DNA of 64,000 nucleotides, from NCBI GenBank assembly GCA_040954595.2, contig CM082595.2:5234137-5298136 (forward strand), given 5' to 3'. This DNA is from Balanoglossus misakiensis. Taxonomy: Eukaryota; Animalia; Hemichordata. The notes under the pieces are model-generated. The model was not told where the DNA came from and did no database searches. It was given only the letters and a program-made list of their open reading frames with translations. The position numbers and the translations under genes are program-made. Shown one piece after another: positions 24,166 to 37,600 of the stretch. Position 1 is the stretch's first letter, and each line of letters opens with the position of its first letter.

Positions 24166-27100
24166 ATGTCCGAAACCATGACGTTTGGTCCCGAATGGTT
24201 GCGTGCTTTGTCGAGTGGCACGAGCGTGGCATCGCCGCCCCCTTCTCCTGGACTTCCACAGTACAAACTGGCGGAGTATCGGTACGGCCGAGAAGAGATG
24301 CTAGCGTTATTCCAGAAAATACCCGCCATCCCACCGGATCTCGAAGATTTCCCGAATTTAGTTAGTAAAGAGTGTCTCAGTCCATTAGCTTTAATACCTC
24401 TGACGGAAGAGGAACAGGTAAGATTGTAGTTGTGTATTTTATTTTATTCTTACATGTATGTGTAGAAAGCTATTCTATCATTGTCTTTTCTCCATTGTCA
24501 GCAAGTGTCTTATAACCATACATGCACAGTGTTATTGCTAGAGTGCACCCTTGCGACTATGTCCCCGAAACTGAAGCCAGCGGCGCCACTTGTACATGGA
24601 TTGGTTACTGGTACACAAATAAAGCACTGCACAAATTGATATAGGGCGCCTAAATTTAGAGCACGCACAGAACTTTTACGGAACAGAAGCGTAATTTTAT
24701 GGGTCTGTGCATATTGTTTCTATATTTGGAAATGAAAAATGAATTCAGCATTTAATTCGTCCATTTGCAGTCGTAGTCTTTCGGTCCGCACTAGAAGTGG
24801 CATATTCCCGAGGTCAAGCACAAATCTGTGATGTACATATGTAGTAAACACGTTAGCCATTAGTCAATGCACTCATTGTAATTCCAAACAGCATTCAACA
24901 CTTCCTTGAGAAGCACACTAGAGCAGCATAAAGCAAAATATTGTAACGTTTCTGATTGTGGAACGAAACAAGAGATGAATAGTGTCGGGTGCCAGTGTCA
25001 GAATATCAATAATAATGATTTGTCATCCGTGTTTATTATAATTTATTCATTTTCATTAAAATTTTATTTTCGTCCTGATTTGATATGAAAAGATGATGAA
25101 TGAGAGATTGTTTCTAATAAAATATCCTTGTAACTTAAATATACAGATCCTGTTCTAGTCTGTTGAATCAGTATTCGTTTCATGGTGTCATTAATTTGGT
25201 GCATGCTGTCATAGTGTGAACACGGATGGAGATATAATATATTTTTTCCCTGTATTTGTACTGTGTATTTAAGCCTATTGTGGATGGTGTATATTTAGAA
25301 TTATTTAGATGAGTTGTGTTAGGCTGCCATCTTGTGTGCTATGGATTGCCTTCATTGATTTTATAGCAGTGATGGCCTGCCAAATAAAACTAGATGACAC
25401 ATTTATTATTTATTTTAATAGAACACTAGATAACAACTTCCCCTGAACTGCATGTAAGAATAATGTGCAGTTCAAAACGCCAGTTTTAGAAGTGAATGAG
25501 TGAGAACAACTTCAGCTTTTTTTAAATCGAAAAACCACTGGCAGGGTTGCCAATATTTGTGATTCAAACCGACTAGGCTACCAGTGAAATAGAATGAAGA
25601 TTTTTTAATGTGTATTGATATCACACGTGTTGATATCTATGCTGTATAACTAATAAGCAAGAATTGAGAAAAACTAATGCTATGTTCCATTTCGTTTCAG
25701 AGGATCATGTCGCAATCAGTGAACAGTGCTGCAGTTTTACGACTCATGGGTCGGGGTTCAAGTACAGCCAGGGGAACAAGGGGCGGTGGTGGTAATAGAG
25801 GAAGAGGTAAGATTATTCTTTTATTATCTGTGACTGTCACGTCAGTATACACCTATTGCTGAAGACATCAGCATCATTATTTGCTGGTATGAAATTATGA
25901 ACAAGTTTTATCTCAAGCTGGCCCATGACAATCTGAAAATATGTTTAAACTGCGGAGAATTTTCCTTGTTTTAACTGCAATTTATTTTCTTTCTGTTTTG
26001 TTGTTGTTTGCAGGGCGTGGACGCGGGGAATATCCACGGCCTTTTGAAGATGAAGGGGGTCCATTCAATCGATCAAGAGAGTACAACAGAAGCCAGAGTT
26101 GGGATGACAGGTGGGCAGTTTTGTATTTTATGGAGAGGGGTATGATCCAATCCACTAACCCAAGCCCAGGAACTAGTACTTTTTATGACCCGACTGCCAG
26201 TGTTTTTTCTCCGTGTTTAAAAAAGAGGCCCTCGTGAAGGCTGTGGCTGGGCAAGGGTTACTGGTCATTTACTAGAAAGACATGTTGTCTGCTTAATTAA
26301 CGGTAATTCACTGCATAAATAACACTGTACCGTTTTTTAGGAATTCAGTAATCATTATAATGTTTTTTAGAATGTCTCCCAATGTTTTTGAACTTTTGTT
26401 AGGGATTGTTCGTTTTTAAAATAAATACTGCCGGTTAGGAAAAATGTGAACTTCCTTTATTGTCACTCTGAAAGTTCAACCTTAGGCGCCTTTTAATTTG
26501 GGGTGCACGTTTAGACAGTGACATTCCCAATTTCAGAAGAAAATGTATTCTGGATACTTAGTTGAGTCATTGGATGAGAAAGGCCTTATGGAAACTGAAA
26601 ACCCTCCCTTGGGAAGTAAACGGTTTATGTGCTTAAAATGGCTGCATTTGAAATGAAACGCATATTTTAGCTTCCATTTGATTATGAGTGCAATACATAA
26701 ATTTGAATTTATTTAGATGGGAGAAATAAATCACAGTTAAATATTTAGAGATAGTTTTTGGTTAAAGTTCATGTAGAGTGTTCTAAGTGACATAAATATT
26801 TGAATGCATCATAGTGTGTACGCATGAGCTGGAGATGTCCCATAAGTGTACATGTAATGATCTATTTTGTATTCTATTTAAATTAAACACAGTGTTCTAG
26901 AAATTCATTCTCTTGAAATCAGTGAGCATGTCTGATGTACTGAATATGGTGGTGAAAGGGTTAAAGGTATACAGTCACCTCCAATTTACATATGCCCATA
27001 TATGGCCGAAATGGCGTATTTGAGCATTCTATACAGTGCAGCTTAGGAATAGCTTTCCAACTGCACCAACACTGGGTCAGCCCTGTTTAAACACTGAGTC

Positions 27101-30100
27101 AACTCTGGGTTGGCACCCTATTGGCGCTCTAATTAGCACCTATTGGGCTTGTGTTTAACTGGGGTGTTCCAAAACAATAGGGTGCGCCAAGGTGCTAACA
27201 CTGAACAATGCCAAGTGCCAGGGCCAACAGATTCACACCTTTGTAACACTTGGAACACACAGGCTAACACTGTGTGCCAAAACAATAGGGTGCGCCAAGG
27301 TTTAACACCTTTGTAGCACATGCTAACACTGAACAATGCCAAGTGCCAGGGCCAACAGATTCACACCTTTGTAACACTTGGAACACACAGGCTAACACTG
27401 TGTTGGCTCATTATAAACACCGTGTCAGCAAGTTGTTAGCAAATTGGAAAGCTATTCCTAAGCTGCACTGTATGGTGACACTCTTTTTTTTGCGTGTGCC
27501 ACCCACTGAAAATCTGTGATTGGCTAGATATCAATTTGCCATGGGAACTACAGCTTATTTTCCATAGGTGACTGTATACCTTTAAGTGCCTTTGCGTATT
27601 CCCATTATTTTACATGAGTGTTTTTTACACTGGAAAATGGGATAGATCAAAGCTTGGTGTTGAAATGTTCTGAACTCACTTTGTTTCTTCACTTTTTTTT
27701 CAGGGGGGACAGGAGGTACGACAAACACCGGGGTGAAACGCGCTCATTTGATGATGCTGGACCACCGTCGCCCAGACGGCCTCTCGATCGGGCAAGTCTC
27801 ACTGATAATTGGCGGAGTTTGAACGAAAAGTCACCGCGGGAGGAAGATGATGGGGACTGGAGACTTGCCGGCCACAAGGGGGATAAAGATAGGTTGCAAG
27901 AAAATTGGAGAATTACCAGTCCTGGTATGTGTATTTTACATACATATCCAAGTGAAAAAAAAAATGATTCTCTTTAATTTTACCTGTTGTGTTTATCAGA
28001 TTGAATTCACATTTATTTCTTGTAGAATATAGAAATTGATGTACAGACGCTATTGACAAATTTACATGTTACAACTTCATATTTTACTTTGCATTTCACT
28101 TACTATTCTCCTTGGCATAAAATGATGAATAATTACTCCTTGCGACAGCTCTATTCTCAGCCAGTGATAATTAAGACACACTTGATGGTACGATACATTT
28201 AAAAAGCATTACGCATGCACACACACTAAATAAAAATGTCAAATTTGTCTGTCTGCGTAGGTGGACCGCGAATAAGCTGGCGTCAACCAAGAGAGCGAAC
28301 GTTTGATTTTGATTTCCGGGAAGGCACCCGGGAACGGCACCACAGTGGGCGGGGCGGACGTGGAAGCTTTGGTGATGATGAATTGCCGGAGTGGAGTACT
28401 GATGATGCCGTGGATTTGGATAGCATCGGGACTTTCGACTCCTCTGGCGCTTTCCTATCTACCAAGGTGAGAAATTTTGACGGCTTGCGGCGTTACTCCC
28501 CTGTACATAGCTCTGAATGATCAATGATTGTGTAGTCAGACTTGTACTCGTGACCTACAGCATATAATTGCACAGGAAACGAAGTCAGCACTTAACTGAA
28601 CCACATTGGTGTATGTATTAAGAGATGGGCCAGCGTCTGTCAGTATGGATGTGAATATGTCTGTTAATGTGTGTGGTTTTATTTAGTGTTTGTAATAGAA
28701 TGCATTCAAATGCATTCACACACATACAGACTATCATCAGGCCAGAGGTCCTGGCAATGTAAGCAAATTTACCTCTATATATTAGGGTTTACTAATCTGC
28801 ATGTATGTCAAACGTTTTTTTGATCTGCACAAAGGTGTTGGAGAAGGATGAGAAGTCAACCAAAGAAGAAACAACAAATTCTGAAAATGGAGCCCAAGAA
28901 GCTAAGGACAAGCCACCGGGTATGTACATGTAGAGATGAATGGATGTTTAAGTTTAACCCTTTCACCACCATGGTTTGATCCAAACCCATTGTTTTCCAT
29001 GGTAAGGTTGGACCTCTAAAGAGGGAACTGGGGGTGAAAGGGTTAAAGTGTGCAAGCAAGAAGGGGGAAGTATGTGTGGGTGTTGTTTGTGTCTGTCTGA
29101 CTATATGTGTGTATCTCTGTCTCTGTGCATGCAAGCATACATGCTAAGGAATATGTTCAAATGTTTTCTTGCTGATTCTTTTGGTGCATCTGTTTCTTGA
29201 ATGTGTAAAATATAATAATGAATAGTTCCGGAAAGTTTGGAATTGGTACGATTGCTGATTTCTGTGATTTGCAAGTTTATAAACCATTTTGTTCAATCAG
29301 GGACGAAGTCCAAAGAAATGGAGGAATTGAAAGAAGAGGAGTGGTCAGACAGCTCGGATGATGATGATGATGATGCCATCAACACTGCCAATAATAAACC
29401 CAGTACAAGGGACACTAAAGAGATTATTGAACAGAGAATTAAGGAAAACCAAAGCAAATCTCAAGTTCCGAGTAAAACTAAGAAAACTGAACAAACTCTT
29501 AGAATTGAGGTTCCTGACAGCCGGGAGAGACGGCTTGAGATGACAGAGGAGAAAGCTGTAACCACGGAGAAACCGGCGTCTTCCAACGGCCCCCAGAGTG
29601 TGAATTCGGTGACGTCTACCGCTGCGAGTAGCAACGCAGTGGACGCTAAACCCACCACCGCCGCCGTGGTAACCGTTGCCGGTGATGAAGACGACGGATA
29701 TGACCAGTTAGAGAAAGCGGCACAGAACATCATGGCAGTCATCTGTGCTGAGGTAAATCCCTGTGTGTGTGATGTGTGGATTTCAGAAACCCGATGTTTA
29801 GAGCTACGCTTGTATGTCCTAATAGAATACACACATTGATTGGTCGGTTATGGGGGCAACAGTATACAACTGTCTACCCGTAAAGATGCGAGTCACCACA
29901 ACTGATTGTTGTGGCGTGAATCACACTCCTGATGAGACATACTTTTGCTGTTATGTGAATGTAGTCAAATAATCTTTTCTGTGAATCACAGAAGTGGTTT
30001 ATTCCCTGTGTAATAGTTTGGAGACAGAATCGCACGTCAATGCTCGGCTAATTTCCGGGAAGTATTTTTTTGAAAATGATACTTGATCAGTTGCCCGTGT

Positions 30101-33100
30101 CAGATTTTGATCTACATGCTGCGAAATTTGGATGTAAACTTTTTCTTGTTTTGCTTTGTTTTGTTGTGTTAAATGCTTTGTTTTGTTTTATTTATAGGAC
30201 GATGAAAAGCACAGTGATGTGGTAGAAGCAGAAACCAGAAGCAACCAGGAACCATCCCCAGCACCTTCAGCCTTTGGAAATAGTCAGAAATGGTTCTACA
30301 AAGATCCACAGGGACAAGTACAAGGTATTTATCCAATAATGAAATGACTAATTCAAAATGGAGGTAAAGTTGGAACTGGAAACTCATTCATAGGGTGATC
30401 TTTTCACCGACTCATTCAGTCCAGTCTGTTGTCTCATTTTGATACATTGATGAATGGGTGCGTCTCGCAACAGATATGAATATTAATGAGTATGAATACT
30501 AATGAGCACGAATATTAATTAGAAGCATGTAGTCATGTCAACCTGGGCAGTAACCCTGCTAAACACTCTGTTTGCTTCCAGGTCCATTTACAGCTGGTGA
30601 GATGGCAGAATGGTTCAGCGCTGGTTATTTTACCATGACTCTGTTAGTCCGACGTGGCTGCGACCAGGCATTTCAGCCACTTGGGGAAGTTATCAAACAG
30701 TGGGGTAGAGTGCCTTTCTTATCTGGCCCCATGGTGCCAACACAACTGGTAAGTTGGCCTCAAAACAAAGACTCAAGTACTTGTGTATAATAAGGACATT
30801 CAGCTGAAACACTGGTGGTCTTTCAGTTTGTTTTGTAATCACATTTTACAGTTATGTTCACGATCAGAATTAAACTACAAAAAGGCAGAATGTAATGTTA
30901 GCTATAATGCATGGATGGTGTTGACACGATTTTTTATAAATTCTCAAATAGACTTGGCACTGCATCGTTATCTCTGAAAAACATTTTGACACGACTTTTT
31001 ATTTTCAAGTTTTTGGGTTCTTGGGTATTTCGCGATAATTAATTGCTCGCGAAAATATCCTGTTTTACAGTATTGTAACCAGCAGTCGTGGTGACTTTTC
31101 TTCCATGTCCATTTCTTAGAATCCAGCCACAGCAAAAGATTTGTCCCCCGAGGAGCAAATCAAACAAAGAATACTGCAACAACAGCAGCAACAACAGCAG
31201 CTGATCCAACAACAGTTATTACAGCAGCAGATACTGCAGCAGCAAGCATATCTCCGGTCAGTAGCATTCTGTATAAATCACTTTGCGTGCAAAATCGTTC
31301 TGGCTGCCGTCACTGGATATGGCAGTGTGTAACCTCTGTGCCAGGTAAAGGTGTGCAGTCACCAGTTTGCAGTGCATGTTTAGCCACAGAAAGCAGAGAT
31401 CTAGCCAACTGCCAATATCTTGCTGGGGTGGCCATGTATAGTCAATAGTTGTAGAAACATCCTTTAATCACATATGGACATTTAATAGAGGAGATTAACA
31501 TACACAGTTGTTATTGAAATGACAGTTATGCATTATTGAAAATAAAAAGGGATGTGCCCAAATTTTGTAGAAACCAAAAGAATAATTCAAAGCTCTACCA
31601 TTTGCATGTGGTTGTTGTCAGAAATGACTGCGGTATTTGTGTTCGGATCATTGAATGGGATATAAAATACTCAACCATCAGTTCCTCGCTTTCTACAGGC
31701 ACCACCTGCAGCAACAACAGCAACAAGATGCACTCCAGCAACTACTTAGACAGCAGCAACAACAGCAACAGCAATTTCCTCAGCCTCAACCGTCACCGAG
31801 AGAGAGGTATGACGTATGACTTGCTGGGATATCTACTAAAGAACAGAGTTTATACAAAATCTTTACCACATAGTTTGCTACAAAGAGAGATATGTTTACG
31901 TTACATATATACATACATACATACATACATACATACATACATACATACATACATACATACATACATACATACATACATACATACATGCATATACATATAA
32001 ATACAGACAGACAGACAGACAGACAGGTACATATCTTGCCTCCCTGCATACACCCATATTCACTAATAGATGCATGGCAAAGAAACAGCTGTCCCCAAGA
32101 GAGGAACAGGTTTCATAAATGTATACAAACGCATATAATTGCACACTCACCGGTGATTCTTTTATACTCTAGTCAGTATATAACAATGGTTCAACACATC
32201 GACACTGCAAGATGAAAAATGAGATGTTGACAGAAGAAAGTTTTCCCACAGCTGTATGTCCATTCACACACCATGTTCACTGTTTCTTCCTTGTGTTTGA
32301 CACACAGATCTCCCACTGGAGAACAGATGGCACCCAACCCTCCCCAACAAACTCAAACCATGAGCAAGCCCCAGCCACAGTCGCCAGCGACCAGTCCCAG
32401 ATCCCCGATGACCATGTCGCCCAGACAGCCGCCGCCGCCGGAGAACGCCCCCACCGAGACTCCATCCATCTGGGGCACGCCGGCAGACAGTTGGAAAGGG
32501 GTGTGGGATCTGGAGATGACGGATAAGGAGAAGCACGAGCAGGAGAGAATGGCCAGGCAGAGGAAGGAAGAGGAGGAACGCCGGAAACAGGAGGTTCAGA
32601 GAAGACAAGAGGAAGAAAAGCAGAGGCTGTTGGAATTACAGGTAAAAAAAACACAAATAAATAATTTTGAATACAGATTGTTAGGTTTTTCGAGGGACAG
32701 TAGGTGTTAACACCCACAAGAGAGAAAATTGGCTTTGTAGAGTGTCTTAAATGGCATTTTACTCATTTTACTTACTTTGTGTGGCAGCCTTAATAAATTG
32801 GGCACTAAAATGCAGTTATCAATAATAGCGCTAGTTGATTTATCGTAATATCACACATTGTAGTATTTGACTTCCACAGTAATAATTTCAGGTACACATG
32901 TACAGTCTAGTCTTCGCTGGTACATGTTGCTTGTCAAAGGGTACAAATGTAAAATGTAACAAAGTCAGGACTGCCTAGTGCCTAATCATGGATGGAGCTT
33001 AATTGAAGGATTATACAATAATGTATTAATCTTGTATGTAATACAACAGAGACAGGAGGCCCAGAGAAAACAGGAAGAAGCAGCCAGGAAGAAGAAAGAA

Positions 33101-34620
33101 GAAGAAGAAAGAATCCGCAAACAACAACAAGAGGAGGAGAGACGCAGACGAGAGGAGGAACTGCAGCGACAGAGAGAGATGCAGCGACAACAAGAGGAAC
33201 TGCGTCGGCAACAAGAGGAACAGAGACGACTGCAGGAGCTGCGAGAGCAAGAGATGAAGCGGGCCGAGATGCAGCGCCAACAGGAGTTGCAGCGACAGAA
33301 GGAGTTGCAGGAACTGCAGAGACAACAGGAACTGCAGAGGCAGCAGGAGATTCAGTTGCAGCGGCAGAAAGAACTGCAGAGGTGAGTTTGGATTGAGAGT
33401 CTTGTTGCAGTGCAATAGTTGATGTATGCCCGGATTTTTACATGCCCATGGGCATTAGTGTAGTCTAGTCAGGCATGTGGGTCAGCTTGGTGAATTAGAT
33501 GTTCTCAGTCCATTTGTGTGTATGTGTGTGTTTGTGTGTGTGTGTGTGCATGAGCATGTGTGTGTTTGCATGTGCGGATGGGTGTGTGTGTGTATGTGTG
33601 CGTGCCTTCAGTAAAAAATGCAGAAATGTTAAGCAGCAAAGCACTGTATACACCCAGCTTGAATAGCATGGTTAGCTTGCTGAGCTCAATAACACAGAGT
33701 CTCATGTACAGCAATTTGTAATGTCACAGACAAGTCGTGAAAATGACTAATACTGTCATCTGAAATTTTTTCCCCTCACATCCACAGGCAACAAGAGCTT
33801 CAGAGGCAACAACAGCAACAAGAAGCCCTGAGAAGGTTGCAACAACAGCAGCAACAGTTGCAGCAAATCAAGGTATGGAACGAGACGGGTGTCCTACACT
33901 CCTGGAAAAAAATCTGCGTCATACTCACCAGGTGCCCTATGCAGAGATGGTCACATTATTTAGTAAACTGAATTGAGAAATGCATAGATATATACATACA
34001 TAATATTCATTAGAGACTTGGTCCAATCCAGGCATAGGAGAAAGTTTTTACACTTTCATGTCTTGGTTTGTTTTGTTTGCGTTTTATATTTTTCTACCAC
34101 CATGTAGAGTACCAATTGTATACCTCTATGATTGGCGTGGGATCTGATTATACATACAAACAAATACAAACAAACAATTGTTTCAGGCAATTAATTTATT
34201 GACGTTGCATAATTTCAGCTTCCCAGCTCAGCTATGTGGGGACAGGGTAGTAACAATGGCAGCAGTGGTGCTGGAGGCCAGCTGTCCTTGTTACAAATAC
34301 AACAGTTGCAAGAACAAGAACAGAGAGCCAGAGAAGAGGTTTGTGTTATTTAGTGTTTTGCTTTCTCCCTCTATCACTCCATTTCTGCATGTATGGTCAC
34401 ATGTATTGCTGTATTCATCTTGTTTAGTTATTTTCTTGATTATGAAGCCCCTTAGAATTTTTTTATCAATTTGTACATGTTGGTTGTAGTTCAGGGGTGG
34501 GGTTATGATGACATTCTCTATTGGTACAGTGCAGTATTGTGAACATTTGTTTATCAGTACAATGTCTTCTGTTTATCATGACAGCGCCAGCGTCAGTTAC
34601 AACAAGTGCAACAGCAACAA

Positions 34621-34651
<31 letters not shown>

Positions 34652-37600
34652 AACAACAACAGCAAACACAACAGAATCAACAACAGCAGAGGCCTGCTGG
34701 ATGGGCTAATCAGAATTCAAAGTGAGTAACACTCCAGTGCATGTAAAGAAACTTCAGTCTGTAAATGTGTTGCGTGATTTACACAAGTTCACGTTGATGC
34801 TTATACTACTTGCTACCACTGTTTCAACTACTTGTCTGTGTGGGGGTTGAAGTTGGAGGTACTATTAGCTTAGAACAGCACTACATGCAATATTTTGGTC
34901 ACCGCTGTTTAGTTTTTCCACGAGGCTAGGTATTTCCCAGATCCCTGGCTTTGGGTTCGGCTGTTTTTATCACTCTGTCATTTCTGCTTGCAGTAGTACA
35001 TCTAATATGCAATCACAACCCCGATCTTTGTTGGAGATCCAGGAGGAACAAGCCAGGCAACAACTGATCCAGAAACAGCAGAGACAACAGCAACAACAAC
35101 AGAATCAGGTAAAAGCAACTCTTATAATTATGATTCCAGTCTGATAAGTTGTATTCCCCAGGACAAGATGGCATTCGATGAATGTTTTCCATAGGTCTGA
35201 TAATTTTCGTGTGTGTGTGTATAGACACCATCTTGTTCTTGGAGCTAAACTTAAAACGGAAATCATGTCCCTGCACATGAAAGAAAAAAATGGCTGATGT
35301 TCTTTTTGAATTTTTGCATGAGTGTGTGTCCTTGTGGTATTGCAGCTTGTGTCGCAAGATTGAACTCATTGTTTTCTTTGGCAAGGTTTGACCTCCAAAG
35401 AAGGAACTGGGGGTGTCTATCTACCTTTGTCATATGCTCTTGGTAGACAAATTAGTGTCTTGATTCACCCAATTCGTTTTGTTTGTTTCACAGGCCAATT
35501 TGTCTCTGGGTCAGGCAGCAGTGTGGGGTAGTGCTAACACCAGTGCTGCCTTAAATTGGGGCTCGGATGGCACCAGTGTGTGGGGTGATCCCCAGTGTAA
35601 AAATACCCCTGGCGGGTTCTGGGACGAATGTGGCAGGGAGCCGCTCAAGAACAAAAAGCAAGAGTAAGTGTTCTCTGAATTTTAAACCGCAGTTTTTCAA
35701 CAACAACATTAACAACAACAACAACAACAACAAATTTATGGATGGAATAAAACTGCCTGAAGTCACCACCACACCCAACAACACGGCCATGGGTTACGGA
35801 AATGACATCAAAGAGATGGTAGTATGGACTGTTGCAAGTTGTGACTGGTTCTGTCTGTCATAGCAATCATTTTGACTGCAAGGTTTTGGGGGAGGTTTTT
35901 TTTTCGCTTAGGGTATTGATTTCAGTTGGAGTTGGTTTGTAGGCATTTTGGTGAGCATGTCAGGTACATGTATGCCCACCATCAAATTTTAGCATTTCGG
36001 ATTGTCATGTTATTGTCTGAGAACAAAAACTCAATATGCAGTAAGGGAAGTACCGGTACTGCATATTCTGATATTTCTTTCGTATTTTTCAGCGCCCACT
36101 TTCCTTCATTAAATCAAACTCAATCAAGGCCACAACAGCCAGCGCAAGCGAACAGCCGTGCCAGATCCAAGAAAGACGAGGTAAGCCTCCACCCCCAACG
36201 TCTCACTGCTACGAAATGTCTATATCTAGAAGGCTCACCCTGCAAAAGTAAACTACACATTGCAGTATTTGTAAGCCCCATATCTGCTGTAGTCACACGA
36301 CACCTTCTATTCTTTACCCCGAATATATTTGTACATTTTTGAAAATCAATCCTTCAGCCGTCCTAACACTTTCCATCCCTCCCATAAGTAAACCTACGTG
36401 TGTGCAATAGACCTTTCCAAAACCCTGCTCTATAACTTGAGAAGATTCAAGTACACATGTAAAATATAGCTCTCAATCCTGTACTTCATAGAAGTAAACT
36501 TTAACTATATTATTCCCAACCCCATGCTGTGTTTCATTGTTACCATGATTTCTTGACACCACACATCAATCCAATACTAACTTGTAATCGTTTCACCCAA
36601 CCAGGAAACTGTTCATAAGTTATTTCAGAGCAATACCATGTTAGTGGCTAATGAATTTACACAGTGGTGTGAGAAAGCACTTCGAGAGATCCCAGAGGCC
36701 GGCCAAGGACAGTTGGACAGTGAGTATCATTTATATTCTGAAACATGACTTCATTGCGCATGTTTTCATATATATTTTCAGGGATGTGAGTTATTGTCTG
36801 TTGTAGTGTACAGAAATTTACTGTAGACTTATACTTGATATGCTTACGATAATACCAGTTAAATATCTAAAATGAGTGAGGGGTTAAAAGTTCAAATCAA
36901 GGGCGTTAAAATGAGTTAGAATTATTTCAAAATAAACAGTGTTTCAAAGAATGATCCTAAATGACCTTTTCTGGCAACAGGAATGGTTTACCACCTTCTC
37001 GATGGAAGCATCTAAAAGTGACAATAAATAAGGATGGGTTGAATTACGAATGTTTGAAGAACATGATGATGAACCCTGGAAAAAATAGCAAACATGATCA
37101 AGGAAATCAGGACGATTAACTGACAAAGAAAATCATGTCTCCTATCTCTGCAGTTCCTACATTCATAAGCTTTCTGGTGGAAGTCGAATCTCCTTACGAA
37201 GTCCACGACTACTGTCGTAGCTTTCTGGGCGACACGCTGCGCGCCACCAACTTTGCGAAGGAGTTTGTCGAGAGGCGAACAAAGCACCTGCAGCGTAAAC
37301 AACTGCAGCAACACACACAGCAGCAGCAGCAGCAGCAACAACAACAACAGCAGCAGATGGTAAGCTCCTTAATATTCAAATTTGACTTCCTCTAGGGAAA
37401 CATTGCAGATGAATTCAAGCATGAAGATTGCTCAGTTTTACTGGAAATGCTGCCATCAAGTGTCAGACCATAGTAATTAGAAGTTGATATCTGGTCAACA
37501 ATCAGCTTGTGTAATTATTATTATTAACGTTTCTGATATGCTTGCATAACAATAGATACAGGACATGCTAAGTGTTAACCCTTTTGCCTTATGATTGCAA

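Noticed and set aside
27160-27420. Interleaved direct repeats superficially like a CRISPR array
   Set aside because: The intervening sequences are themselves duplicated, there are only two units, they lie inside a TIR element, and the context is eukaryotic with no cas genes.
33026-33415. Leu-rich antisense ORF resembling a membrane protein
   Set aside because: Reverse complement of the CAG/GAG-rich GIGYF coiled-coil exon.
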